From NCBI GenBank assembly GCA_964106915.2, contig OZ066918.1: 64,000 bases of DNA; one strand, 5' to 3'. Positions 36,709 through 49,594 of this stretch are shown piece by piece; the stretch's first letter is position 1; each line of letters begins with the position of its first letter. This DNA is from Podarcis gaigeae (Eukaryota). Below the pieces are notes generated by a model that saw only the letters and a list, made by a program, of their open reading frames with translations, searched no databases and was not told the origin of the DNA. The position numbers and the translations under genes were made by a program.

Positions 36709-39700
36709 TAGAGTGTGATTTTAGAGACACTTAGTGAAAAGAAATTGTCACTTCTCTGCCTTATGAACCATGGAAGTTCATAGCAACATTCTGTTGTAAG
36801 AGATATTGTTCCAGGGAGCAGGTCTGTTATAACCCTGGTACTCTCTATTACAACTTCGTAAAGACCCAGTGTGGGATTTTTCATGAATATGGAAAAACAA
36901 TTATTTGCTAACAAAGTTTTCCATTTCCATGTATCGAGCACAGTTTATGACTATTCCTTCCAGTGCTTGTGATAGCCATCTCTATAGTACTCTTGCTGAT
37001 GGGAAGAATTAAATCGGCATACATGAGAGTTTGCATTAGGGTGAGATTTAGGACATGTTACAGCTCCCTTCTGTCTCAGGCCTTGGATCACAAATCATAC
37101 CCTGGAAACAAAGCTTTGATAAATCAGTCTGTGAATGCAGCAAACTGCATTTATTTTATTTTATTTCTTTAATGTTAAAGCATTACTTCTATGATATGCT
37201 GGTGTTACACCCGTGTTTTTCATAGCAAATGTGTGAAGTACGAATGATGGATGCCGTTATTAAGCACCTGTCTGCAAATGGTGAGGAGTCATGGCTCAAA
37301 CAGCCCATGAGTTCTCGAGGGTTAGTAGGTAGGTTTTGAAAACATACTTTGTGGCTTTAAACTGAAGCCTATACATTCAATTAACAAAGCAGCTACTGTT
37401 CTCTAAATCCATATTTGCATGTACACATTCATGCAGCCAAAGAATGTATGAATAGGTTCTTCAAAACAGAGCAGTGCCCTTTTACCATCTTGAATAAAAT
37501 TATCTGTTTCTAGAGAAATTGCTTTGTTGCATTTAGGGAACAACTTGGCATCATGTTGGGCTCTGGTCATATCAAGCCTCAGGAATGTTGCATGCATTGG
37601 AAAATATTAACTTCTGAAAGGAGATCTCAAATCACTTAGGGAAGCAAAGCCTTTGAATCCTCTTTATTTTATTTTATTTATTTAAGTTTCGTTAATTTCT
37701 TAATTATAAAAATACACATAAGCATTACAAAACTAATACAGCATTTCAGAGACAATTAAATGCATTGTTAGTTTAAAATGCTTCCCATTAATAATCCACA
37801 GATTTTAGTTCTTAATTCTTTTTAGGTATTTCTGACTTGTCCAAATGTATTGGTTCTGTTTCAGTGTGAGTGAACAGTTAAGAGGTCTAGGCTGACACAG
37901 TGTTAGAAACTGAGGTATGAAAGCTAGGAGCTACATGGCACCCTAAACCTAGGTTATGGGTGCAGCAATAATACAAAGCTGAAAATGAATGAACTGCAGC
38001 TAAAATATTATGTTTATTTTCCACATGGTCTTCTTCCCCTGCCCACATCCTTCATATTCTTAAGAGGGACTCTTCTCCTGTCTTCAGAGACTAGCTGGAA
38101 GTGGGGAGGCAGAAAAAGGTCCTCCTTTCCTTCCACTCTGCAGTTTTAATCTGAAATCTTAGGCTCAGTACTTCACCCAGAGCTCAGAAACTGCTCACAC
38201 TAATGAAATTCCCTGTTGCAAACTGCGCCTAGAACAATGGGAGTTTTGAACACTGCTGACATGGTAATGCTCTGCCATTTTCCTTTTTATTAACCCATGT
38301 AATGAAATAAAACCATTCTGAAATAAAATTGTCCATCTTTTTAATCCTCTTGGCCATTCTCAGTTTATGTGTCAACATCTCTTGCTCAGTGCAATACTAC
38401 AGATTTTTCTATGCCCATAGTCCCTTGTGACCCCCTTCATCTATCTCCAAAATTGTGCTACTGTTGACCTGGCTGACGCTTGTAAGTTGCTGATCAGGGC
38501 CTCAGCATTTTGATTTATATTATTTTCAGAGAAAATGAGTTTGAATCCTCTTAATCACATAGTTACAGCCAGATATGCAATATCCTTTTCTTGAGAAGGT
38601 AAAATGAAGACACATTGAATAGAATTCCAGCTTAAGCTTTTAAAAACAAATCATATCGTTCCTTTTATTATACTCTTTCTACTTGGTTACATGGATTTGT
38701 CTTTGAGGGCATGTTCATCACAACAGGATGTCCTTTTCAAGAAGTAGTATTTTGCCTGTACTTGCAAAATCATTGTTGTAAAGTCTCTTGAGTTACTTGC
38801 AAAAGCATTAATCATTACCTTAGGGAAAATATAATTATCTGTGGAGAAATCATGTCTTGAGTCTAGGTAACTCTGACTTAACAGCTTGACTGCTGCTCAG
38901 TATTCCATAGGAGAATAGTCTTGGCACCATGCTACTTATTTCCATGCTAGTTCAGTGCAGTTTAATGAACTGCTGTAGGTAGATCAAATGGTTCCTTTTT
39001 TTAAAAGGTGGAAAATGATTCATTCAACTCTGAACACGTTTATCTCCCCTTTAAGCTTTAATTTCTCCCACTGGAAAAAAAAGGTATTCAAAAGTACTCT
39101 GGAAGAGGTCACAGCTCTGTGCTAGAACACATGTTTTACATACAGAAGACAATCTTAAAATTTACATGGAGGCAAAGAATTCAACCCCTTTTTCAACACA
39201 GAGAGAGGTTCCCTTCCTGAGATCTTGATGTGGTGCTTTCATAAAGAGCATACAGTATTGGACTCAAGGGACCAGTTGTGACCCAGTATGTGGCCGCTTT
39301 GCTTAACTTCCATTGCGTCATACCCAGTGAATCTGTAGTTGGCAACCTGCAGCAAATGCGCATTTGGAATTGATAGGATTCAAGGACTGTGCATGGTCAC
39401 AATGCTAAGACAAAACAAGGTTCAGCAAATTATAGCCCGAACAAACCCAAGATCCATGAACCTTGGCTTCTTTGGAGACAAAACAACAACAACTGTGAAC
39501 ACTGTTGTGAACCTAAACCTAAACCAGCCACTTCATTATTTGTTTCACCTGCTGGAGGAAGCGGGGAGCAAAGTGGGGGGGGGCTTGAGCTGTGTGCCCA
39601 TAATTCATGCACAGACTAATTTGCTTAACCATGGTTTTTGGTTGAGCATTGCATGACCAATGAATGCCATGGGACATGAGTTATAGTTGAAAGGAGAGGA

Positions 39701-41163
39701 AGTATGAAGAAGGCAGCATTTGCCCATTTTTCTTTTGTTAGGAAACACAGAAAAGCCAAAGAGTTGAAGCCATCTATAGCAAACTCCTCCCTGTGCCCCA
39801 CTAAGTATGATTTGAGTCTTGAACTACTCATGATTTTTAATCTCAATACCTATAGTAAAGTTTATTCCTCATACGTTGATTTCATTATTGGTTAACAATG
39901 TAAGGATAACTCCGCAAAGTACTTACAGTCCTACCGTTGTAAGAAAATAGGTCTCCACCCTTTTCAGAATGCAATTGCTTCTCAAAGTCCTGGTGCAAGC
40001 CAGCCACTGGGCACACCCAAGTGCTGCTGAAGACATCTCAATGTGCAGAAAATGGCTGACCTAGGTGGTAGCCTTAGTTAATTGTTAGTGCTATTTAATT
40101 TAATTTTTTTAAAAAAAACAGTTTTCAATTCAGGTGCTGCTGTTTTTCATCAACTGGTAGAATAACTTGGACAGTCAATAAAGTTGCTCCCTTTTATCTG
40201 GGCTATTATGTGACCACCCGAGGGGCAAATCAGAAGATGGTGTCATGGCATGAGAAGGGCTGTACTGTGGCGGTCAGTATTTTTAAGTCAGAAAGAAGAG
40301 AAGAACCTCCCCTTCCTTATGCACTGGAAAGAGTGCTGCATTTCCTCTAATTTCTCCCTCTATCCCATCATAACCCAGGATTGGCAGTATCTGTCCATCA
40401 GGTCAACTTGCTCAGTCATTTGCCAGGTCTCCCTTTAGGTTGTGTTACTTGCAGTTGATACATGATTCTCTTACTGTTCTGCTGGAGCGCTAACAAGTGA
40501 TAGGTGATATGGAGTAGTGATATTTTCACGGACCCTATTTCCGCATTGCTAGCTGACAGTTTTGATGTCAAGGGACAAGCTTGCATGGCACGACCGGGAT
40601 CCTCTGGCTGGCAAGTTGAATGCTACAGACATGCTCAGAAGTGAATGACTCAGAAATTTTCACTTGGTGATAAGGTGTCATGGGAGAGGTCACTGGTCTG
40701 CTTACTCCAGTTTGTGCATGCTTCTGCTTTTGTAAGTTCACAAATGAAAAATCTAAGCATATTGGTCTGATGTCAAAGTTCAGGACTCTTTGGGGTCACT
40801 AACTTAGTAGCTTTAGCCTGCAGATATGAGAGCTAGAGATAGGCTTCAGGGACGTGACTTTCTCATTGCCTCTCACTAGCTGCAGAAGATCCTGGCCACC
40901 AAGTGTTTAGAACTGACATATCCAAATGTCAAATATTTGAATATGTATGTGAAAGACCCATGACCTAGCATTGAAGCTGTATCTGATACTCAAAATAAAA
41001 TTGTTAGTAGAGGAAAAAGTCAATCCAGTATAAAACTGACGCAGGTGAACAGCCAGGTCTTGTCTGTGTTTATATTTTGCTCCACACTTTCCAAGCATAG
41101 GTCCATGTCTGAGTAGGGTTGTTGTTTTTTTGTCCAGAGCTTTCCTTGAAAAAACCTGCTCTT

Positions 41164-41412
41164 GGGTCATTCCACACCAAATCACCTCATTTTAATACTC
41201 GACTGTGCTCTCACAACTCAGATTTTCTTCATTTTTTAAAAAAATGTGTAGATACCTATGAGATAACCTCAAGATTTAAGATTTTTTTTTGGTTCAAAAT
41301 GGGGCACAGGAGAATTTTTTGAAAATTTTGATTTTCACACATAATTTTTTTTATGAAGAAAATCTGAGTTGTGAGAGCACATGGCACCAGGTGATTTGAT
41401 GTGGAATGACCC
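41164..41412. mobile_element. MITE with long bipartite TIRs and a 4-bp TSD (Sola2-like)
   Basis: GGGTCATTCCACACCAAATCACCT / AGGTGATTTGATGTGGAATGACCC (23/24), plus an inner 28-bp perfect inverted repeat. TCTT on both flanks. Confidence 0.8.
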
Positions 41413-42899
41413 TCTTTTAATCTGAATTGGAGCGCAGTTAATGGCTTCTTCTAATATTCGAAGTGACTCACATTCATCTGGGCCATCCCATAATTTATGC
41501 TTGAAAAACAGTTTCCAACTAAGCCTTGTGTTGCACATTGAGCTATTCCTGAAGACTGCTTGGAAGTTGCTGCAGTAGCAGAATCCGATGGCCGGGCTTC
41601 CTTCATGAATAGGTTGCATACCTGCCAACGTGGCATAAGCCCAAGGTGCTGGTGATCTCTCTTTTTAAAATAGCTTTATATAAACTGGTTGCATCAAACA
41701 TTCAGCATCACCTTCTCTCATATGAACTTCCCTGTTGATCAGCTGGACTTAACTTTTCTTAGAAGACATGTATCAGATTGCCATGCTGGAAATTTAGTGT
41801 AGTTTTTTTTGGCAGGCTTTCTAGACTTTTACTGGAAATTTGGGCATCCTTTCTCTGATGTGTTAGGACTGGTCTTTCCATTTTTTCTTAGCTAAGTCCA
41901 CTATATACTAGAAAATGATTATCTTGAGTGCATTGGGCTTATGGCAGTGAACCCTCTAGTTCTGATTCAGTAAGCTGGTGCGATAGCTCACAACGTTCAA
42001 ACTCAGTAATTTGCCGGACAGTTCCTGTTAAGGAAAACCGTCATTTTGGCGGGGGTTAAAACCTCACACAGATGGTTGAGGAATGGGAAGAACCTGAACC
42101 ATGGGGGTTTTATGCTGTAAAACCTGGCATCTTTAAAGGGCTACCAAGGACTAAGAAGCAGTTCAGGGGTGGCAAGGCTGATTTTCACAGACTGAATTCA
42201 GTGAGGCCATTATTTTGCTGCAGGCTTCCAGTAAATAAAATAAAAGTGCACTCCAGGGCATACAGGTTTTGCAGGAAGGCACTAATCCCCTCATGGGTCT
42301 CAGTGCCTGCTTCAGCTGCTCTTGACAGTTTCAAACTACTCGACCAACTTGGTAGTACAGCTGTATGCAAATTTTGAAGTGACACAGGACTTTCATCCTT
42401 TGGGGTTTTGTGTGTGACTCAATAGTCCTAAATCAACAAAAGTTTATCTGTGTAGGAGTCACAAGAAGGTCTTAGTGAAGCAGAATGAAAAATATCTGCC
42501 ATACTGAGACCTTTCTCCACTCTAAATCTTGCAGAATGCTATAAGTACCACTCCATTAAAATGTTACTTAATTGATAATGTTTTCTGCCTGATATAGAGC
42601 CCTGTATAATTCAAATGCTTACAAATTCCTGTACCTATATCTTCATGTACTAAAGATGAGTAAAAATGAAATTGCATTAAATTATATGTATGATAGTTTT
42701 CAAAAGACCAATTTTAGATGGGACAAGAGGGCACTAGTTTTCCAGTTGTATGCAAGCCCTCAGTCGCTGCGCAGGGAGTGTTGGGCAGGAACGTACAATA
42801 TATGAAATGTATCATTTTTTGCTGTAACTTTCTTTTATGTGGGACTGTGTAGGTTTGTTTCCAACTTCGCCATTTATTATTTGTCCCACAGAATAAAAA

Positions 42900-43249
42900 G
42901 CACTGTTGTCTAAACCACTGAGCCTCTTGAGCTTGCTGATCAGAAGGTCGGTGGTTCGAGTCTGCCCAACGGGTTGAGCTCCCATTGCTCTGTCCAAGCT
43001 TCTGCCAACCAAGCAGTTTGAAAGCACACCAATGCAAGTAGATAAATGGGGAAAATAACTGGCATTTCCATGCACTCTGGCTTTGTCACAGTGTTCTGTT
43101 GCACCAGAAGCAGTTTAGTCCTGCTGGCCACATGACCCGGAAAGCTGTCTGTGGACAAATGCCAGCTCTCTTGGCCTGAAGCGAGATGAGCGCCGCACCC
43201 CATAGTTGCCTTTGACTGGGCTTAACCGTCCAGGGGTCCTTTACCTTTA
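42900..43249 (+). mobile_element. Sauria SINE, slightly 5'-truncated
   Basis: Homologous to the 8117 copy, tail cctttacctttac. 15-bp TSD CCCACAGAATAAAAA at 42885-42899 and 43250-43264. Confidence 0.93.
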
Positions 43250-45603
43250 CCCACAGAATAAAAAACTTGCTCATAGTGCAATTCTTAGAAGCTTCCATAT
43301 GTCAAACAAGATTCAACCCAACATTCAGCTCAATCTCACAGTCAGGATTACGAAAGACCACAGCCCCCTTTTCTCCACACACACAGCTCCCTTGGCTGGA
43401 ATCTGTTGTTAAACAGATTTAAAACTGGTTTAAACAGTCTGCACTACTGCAGCAGCAGTATCTGAGAAGCAAAATGAGAAATTGAGTAAGAACTTGGTCA
43501 GGTAGCTTATGTTTTATAATAAAGAGCTCTCTGTTGCCGTAAAGATAGCCACCTTGGCATAAACTTTTTTATGTTTGGTGGCTGCAAGGCAGGTAGATGC
43601 TCGGACCAACAAACAAGCCCACCTTGCTCATGTCACATAATCCTGGGCAGCTAAAGCAAAAACACTGCCCTTTGTGCCCTTGGCTAAGCATATTTTTAGG
43701 ATTCAAGTGTTCGTCTTGTTTTGTCGCATCTTCTCTGCTTGTAGTTTTCATAATTCTCAGGAGGTCGTTAGGTTCTTGAGAGATTAATGAGAAAGCTCCT
43801 AACAAAGTGTACTTGAAGACAACCAGTATGACACACATAATATCAGACTCCATTACACTTCCTTTTTCCAACAGTAAATCTTCAGAAAAATGTATCGATT
43901 TTATTCCTTCCAAGGTTCTGCACTCTGGGTGAACTTAGTTCTGACAAAACAATAGTAGATAATTTTTCTTCACTAGCCAGCTGGCCTTTAAGTGTGCATT
44001 TTCAATGGCATCCACTTGCAAACTCAAATCCAAATAAACAAGAAATATGATTTGCAAGCTGATTTAGGGAATCAATATTGGCTCTTAGTCAGTTCTTATG
44101 CTTATCAGCATATTCTAAATCATTGACCTTATATCAAACTACTTGGTTTTAATTGCACATTAGGGGATAAATGTTTAGTGTCGTATGGCTCATTATTTCT
44201 CTCTCTCTCCTCTTTAGCATTGACAAAAAATGCAGCAAAATATTTGAACAGGATTATAGGGATTACTTTGGGAAATTATTGTAAAATTAGATTCTTACTG
44301 CAGTTTGTTCATTTTTGCATGGTATGCATCTAGCTGTAGGCCTGCCAGAAGCAAAAAAACCAGAAACTTGTCTTGGCTATCTGACTCCCATGTGGTTCCC
44401 ACCATGTAGCTCATGTTAATATATCCTCATTGTTTGTTTGAACTTTTATCTGAAATGTTTTGAAGGCTGCCCAGGGGTTCGAGTAAATAACGTTGGCCTA
44501 TAGGCAAGCAACTCTATGAATTATATAACATTTATTCAGCCTTTTTATTGAAACTTCATTCCACACAAATCTTCAACAGCATCAGGTCTAGATTAACTAT
44601 TTTTCTAAATATGCTACAGCAGCACAAGGCTTTCACTGAGTCAACAGACCAGAAATCTCTCTGATACTAAGCTGTGTGTTGCTCATCCTGTTCCCAAGAG
44701 TCAGCTAGTTTTTAAAAATTCCATAGGCAGCTGTACCTTTTGTTACATAAAGTAGGAGCAATGAACATATTCCCAGATGTGCGCATTTAGTCAACCAACA
44801 TTGGCTCAGCAAGATGAGCATATTTAAGCCGTTCTTGCTTTCCCACCATCCTCAGTGAAAACCAAACCAACTTTGTGGGCAAATACACCACATCAAGTTC
44901 AGAGTAGGACATAATAGTTCTAAATACAATCCTCACTTCTTTTTGCCTTGGGATAGATTTGCTTCTGATTCCTGATGAGTTGGAAACTAGCTTTCAGGCT
45001 ATGCTTGGAGACATGGACAAGAAGTGTAAGCCTCTTTCCGTTTCATAGCCTGCAACAAATTCCTATTATTTGAGCTACTTGTGGCCCCTGTGGTGAGGGT
45101 GGCCATCCATTGTCTTAGAGCCAGAATTCTATAGCAAAAAATTACTTATGCTACAGAATATCTTTCTATCGTAACCAGCTTGTTGCTTGAGAATCTGTAG
45201 CAAATGTGAGAATCTGAAATACAACATCAAATTAGCAGCTTGGTGGTAGTTTGGAGTCACAGAATTAGAATTTCCTCATCCTTGTTCCTTTGCCACTGAC
45301 ATTCTACTTCCTGGTTTTGCTAGCAGCTGATTGTCACCAGCCTACTGTAGGCCTTATCTGCTCACTATACACTCCCCCCTGCACCTATGCAGTTCACATA
45401 GGAAGGAAAGAGCTTGCCTGTTCTTCTTGCAGGGATAGCTTCAGTATCTGGCCATCCTGTTGTGCTCTTGGGTATGTGGAAAGAGGCTAGATTTCCCCAG
45501 ATTTGTTTTTTGGGAACAAGGAGAGCTTCACTTAAATTTGATGCCATGATTTGCAAAAGCAACGTAACAAACTATCTTTCTGGTTTTTTTTTTCTTTTTC
45601 CAG

Positions 45604-45779
45604 AGGTTGAAGACTTTCAAGCATTTTGTGTCAAACCATCCAGTTTGCAAAACAGATGGGATTTGGTTCTACCAAACCTTTCTTCTGGGAAAATGCACTG
45701 AATCAGAGGCTGTTCCTAATATGGCTGGTTTTGACCTTTACCTCTACTGGAATGGACCCCAATGCATGACTTCGTTACC
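45604..45779 (+). other. FAM53B: FAM53B exon 2, 5' UTR portion
   Basis: Long polypyrimidine tract and CAG acceptor at 45584-45603, upstream of the start codon in the same exon. Confidence 0.8.
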
Positions 45780-45848
45780 ATGGTGATGATCTTAACTACA
45801 ACTCTGGAAAACAAAGGTGCTGATTCTCTATCATGCAGGGCTGAGTTG
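45780..45848 (+). CDS. FAM53B: FAM53B first coding segment (MVMILTTTLENKGADSLSCRAEL)
   Basis: Strong Kozak ACCATGG. Resembles recalled human MVMVLSESLSTRGADSIACGTFSREL. Donor TTG|gtaaga, phase 0. Confidence 0.9.
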
Positions 45849-46302
45849 GTAAGAGAGTTCATTTCACACCAACAGCTTAGTTTACTCTATCAGCCGTTTA
45901 TATTCTTCAGAGTGCAGGGCTATCTCCTTTGGGGTAAAACAAATGGGACTCTTTCCTTAAAGCTCAATGTAATTATGCCAATGGGTGCACAAGAAGAACA
46001 TACCTGTTTGGTGCTGCATATGTAGAGTCTTGTGTTTTAAAGGACAATGTTGGCTTACCTGCGCATTAACTGTGCATAAGGGATCTTTGGTCTGGGAGTT
46101 CTGCAAGAGTAGGTACTGAGGACTTACTTTAATTGAGTCACTTGGTTTATGAAATGTCACATGGGTAAGCTCTTCTGGCCTGCTTAGCATCACATTTAAA
46201 TTTGACAGTATTCCCAGAGATGTTCATGATATGACTGCATTCAGACTTAACAGTTACCTGTTGAAACAACAGTTGTTGTTAATTTCATTTCTATACTATA
46301 AG

Positions 46303-46591
46303 AATAAGAATTTATTATTTATACCCAGCCCATCTGGCTGGGTTTCCCCAGCCACTCTGGGCGGTTTCCAACAGAACACTAAAATACAGTAACCTATTAA
46401 ACATTAAAAGCTTCCCTAAACAGGGCTGCCTTCAGATGTCTTCTAAAAGTTTGGTAGTTATTTTTCTCTTTGACATCTGGTGGTTGACATCCACAGGGCG
46501 GGTGCCACTACCGAGAAGGCCCTCTGCCTTGTTCCCTGTAACTTGGCTTCTTGTAGCGAGGGAACCGCCAGAAGGCCCTCGGCACTGGACC
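46303..46591 (-). mobile_element. L2 LINE 3' end
   Basis: tttattatttatacccagcccatctggctgggtttccccagccactctgggcgg terminus, then gggtgccactaccgagaaggccct. Confidence 0.8.
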
Positions 46592-46739
46592 ATCATGGTG
46601 TCTTCCAAAATGCTGACAGTGTTTATAATAATGCAAACAGAATTATGATGTGTCTTTCCCAAACTGTTCTGACTATAGAATTGTGGCTTTAGTGCCATTT
46701 TTGACTTTTCTTGGCATTTTGTAAACCATTTGCTTAATA

Positions 46740-46980
46740 CAGTGGTACTTCGGGCTACATACACCTCAGGTTACAGACGCTTCAGGTTACACACTCCGCT
46801 AACCCAGAAATGGTACCTCGGGTTAAGAACTTTGCTTCAGGATGAGAACAGAAATCGTGCTCCGGCGGCGCGGTGGCAGCAGGAGGCCCCATTAGCTAAA
46901 GTAGTGCTTCAGTTAAGAACAGTTTCAGGTTAAGAACGGACCTCCGGAATGAATTAAGTACTTAACCCGAGGTATCACTG
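46740..46980. mobile_element. Tigger/pogo-like MITE
   Basis: TA|CAGTGGTACTTCGGG...CCCGAGGTATCACTG|TA. Closely similar to 54712-54937. Confidence 0.9.
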
Positions 46981-47328
46981 TATTCTGGTTACTCATTGTC
47001 CCAGAATTGGTTACTAGTGCAGATAATCTCATAAGAATTGGAGCAAAGCACACTTGGATCAAAAGAACTCCATCTTTCCATTCACAAAGGAAGGTTTTAG
47101 GAAGAGCGGAAATAGAGAAATTAAACTTTTTGCTTATCCTAAGAAAAACAATTGTGGTTACAGATAATTTACTCCTTCCTTCCTAGTTTACTATAAGACC
47201 CAACCCTTGTGAAATGGCAATTACAGTTAAAATAGAGAGAAATGTAGTTTCAAAATATTCTTCCTACTAACTCTCCCCCCCCCCCCCGGATCTAAAACCA
47301 GTCTTCTAAATAATCATTTTATATTTGG

Positions 47329-47446
47329 ATGGTGGTAGTAAACTAAATCCTACTCAAAGTAGACCTGTTGAAACTAAGGAACCTAACTTAGTCATGTCCA
47401 TTAAATTCAAAGGGACTATTCTTGATAGGACTAGCAAATACCACCC
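47329..47446. mobile_element. Hairpin MITE, same family as 24667
   Basis: ggtggta...aactaaatcctactcaaagtagacctgttgaaa...taccaccc. Confidence 0.6.
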
Positions 47447-48232
47447 ATACTGCCAAAATACTCTTTCCTCACACATCTAAATGTTATAAATACAATTCTA
47501 CAAAGACAAAATGCACACATTGTAAACATAAGGAATAATATATTTAAGTGAATAGATATGAGGGATTCATACATTTATGTGTATAAAAAGGCTTTCTTAT
47601 TTACATGTAATCAGTAATAGCTGAATTTAACTGCTACCTATTGACCTATATTTTTTTTTAAAAAAGTGATCAAAGGTTCAAGACAACACCATCCCCGTGA
47701 CATTCTCCCTTCTTTTGTATGCCATTATAGTTTCATACTTAACTTTATAGATGTAGTTGAACTTGATAAATATAAATGTCTAAGTGTCATTTGTAGCAGG
47801 TTGTCTCAGAAAGTTGGGAGAATGGGGAAAGTTTTAATTGGAAATATTTTACCAGTACATAGCTTAATAGGCATGAGCAGGAGAGGCATTGAATTAAGTC
47901 CAAGAGGGAAAGGAAGGTAATAGGCTTTGTTTTGACATTTGGTAAATGGCACCATTTCCCCCGCTTTAAGGTGACATTATTTGTTATCTTTGTGATATCA
48001 ACCACCGTTAGCAATCCCTAACCCCATCTCAGGCCTATTTGCATGCCTAGCAATCAATGTACTGCTTGATAATGGATGAAGTAAGGGCTGCTATGCTTAA
48101 CAGGCCTGGAAACAAAGTGCCAAGAATTAATGTGACGGTACAGAGGAGAGGAACAATGATCACAACTGAGTAGCAGTGCAGGTCAGAGACAAATGTGAGC
48201 ATCCCAAAAGATGGAAAGAAAAAGAAGCAGGA

Positions 48233-48235
<3 letters not shown>

Positions 48236-48285
<50 letters not shown>

Positions 48286-48287
48286 AA
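48236..48287. repeat. (GAAA)n microsatellite
   Basis: Directly visible. Confidence 0.97.
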
Positions 48288-49594
48288 AGTTGGGCAGGGG
48301 AGATGAAGGCAAAACCAGCTGAGGAGAGAGTTGGGATGGCATTGCTCATTCGCTAAGCTACAACTCCTTCACATTTCAACACATGCTCCAGCATGTGTTG
48401 AAAATCCTGCACTCCAGAACTCTGGTAGTTGATAGTAGAAATTATTCCTGAGTAGGATTGGACTCAGTTCAGCCTTTTGTGTAAGTGTGCACAGGGTTGC
48501 AGCCTAAGTATTAGAATGTGTAAGATTCCATACAAAGAAAAAAGGCAAAAGTTATTGCTGAAATTTAGAAACTGTGGAAATACTTGCTTGATTGCAGGGC
48601 AGGTAATCTGCTTTGTTACTTCTAATGGGTTGTGGGTTGCATTCAACATAGTGCCACAGCTAAGGTTCTGCCAGTGCAAGGATTTCTCCTTGAGTAATGG
48701 AGCACTGCTTCACACTCCTCTCCCCATGTGCTACCTAAATCTACTCTGGAATTTTCTCCAACTCTCCAGAGTGGGGTTGGGGGATAGTGGAGGGGGTGTG
48801 CTGGGGGTGTCCCATTGCACTAGTGGTAATCCTTGTGGGCATGCAGATATTTTGTTGAATATCACCTTAAATAATTCTCTTTTTGCAAAGCAAGATTGGT
48901 CTACTAGGGGGGGGGGGGAAATAGAAAAGCAGAACAGAGATCAAGTACTTTGAATTTCATGGACATTACTAACATGTTGTGTTATTGGATACCAAACTGC
49001 AATTTGTTTCTGCTCTTCTTCTTTGAGTCATGAGGTGATGATATTGACAAAGGAGAACACTTTTAAAAGGAAGACTTTAAACAATATCTGAGAAATTGCT
49101 GAAATTGTTTGTCTTCTAATAATATTATTAACTTTTGCCCCATTAAGAACAAGAGAAATTCTGTGAAAGCAAACTGGAGATGTTTCAGTAGTGGAGATCA
49201 CTGCTTAGTTTGCATGTTCCACCCTTCTTACTTTTCTAATCCTGAAGAGAAATTTGAAAGAACAATTCAAAACTTCAGCTGAGTCTTTGATCTTGGATTA
49301 GAACATTCACAAAATAGTAACCTGACCCCATTCTTTGGTTTAGCCTTCCATTCTGTTTTGAAAAACTGTTAGAAGGAAGACTTACGAAGAAAAGCTGCAA
49401 AAGAGCAATACCGGCACACCATCCTTTTTAAGCTTGCTGCCCTTTTGCTTAATTTGTACGTTTGACTCAGTCTACACCTTTTCACTGATCTGTGCTCTTG
49501 GCATTACTCATTCCTTGAATGGCATTTGGACATGACCCTGTATTTCAGCATAATTCTTAAAACCTCAGTGAATAGCTTTTCTGGTTGTTTTCAG

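Noticed and set aside
38580-38589. ATATCCTTTT resembling a U12 AT-AC donor
   Set aside because: No supporting exon or matching U12 branch point and acceptor; expected by chance.
44972-44990. CTGATGA...GAAAC hammerhead-like string, and other isolated CTGATGA hits
   Set aside because: No viable stem II, stem I or stem III.
45604-45630. VEDF at the start of FAM53B exon 2 resembling VEDI at the start of EEF1AKMT2 exon 5 (exon duplication?)
   Set aside because: Similarity is limited to a few codons and the acceptor phases differ.
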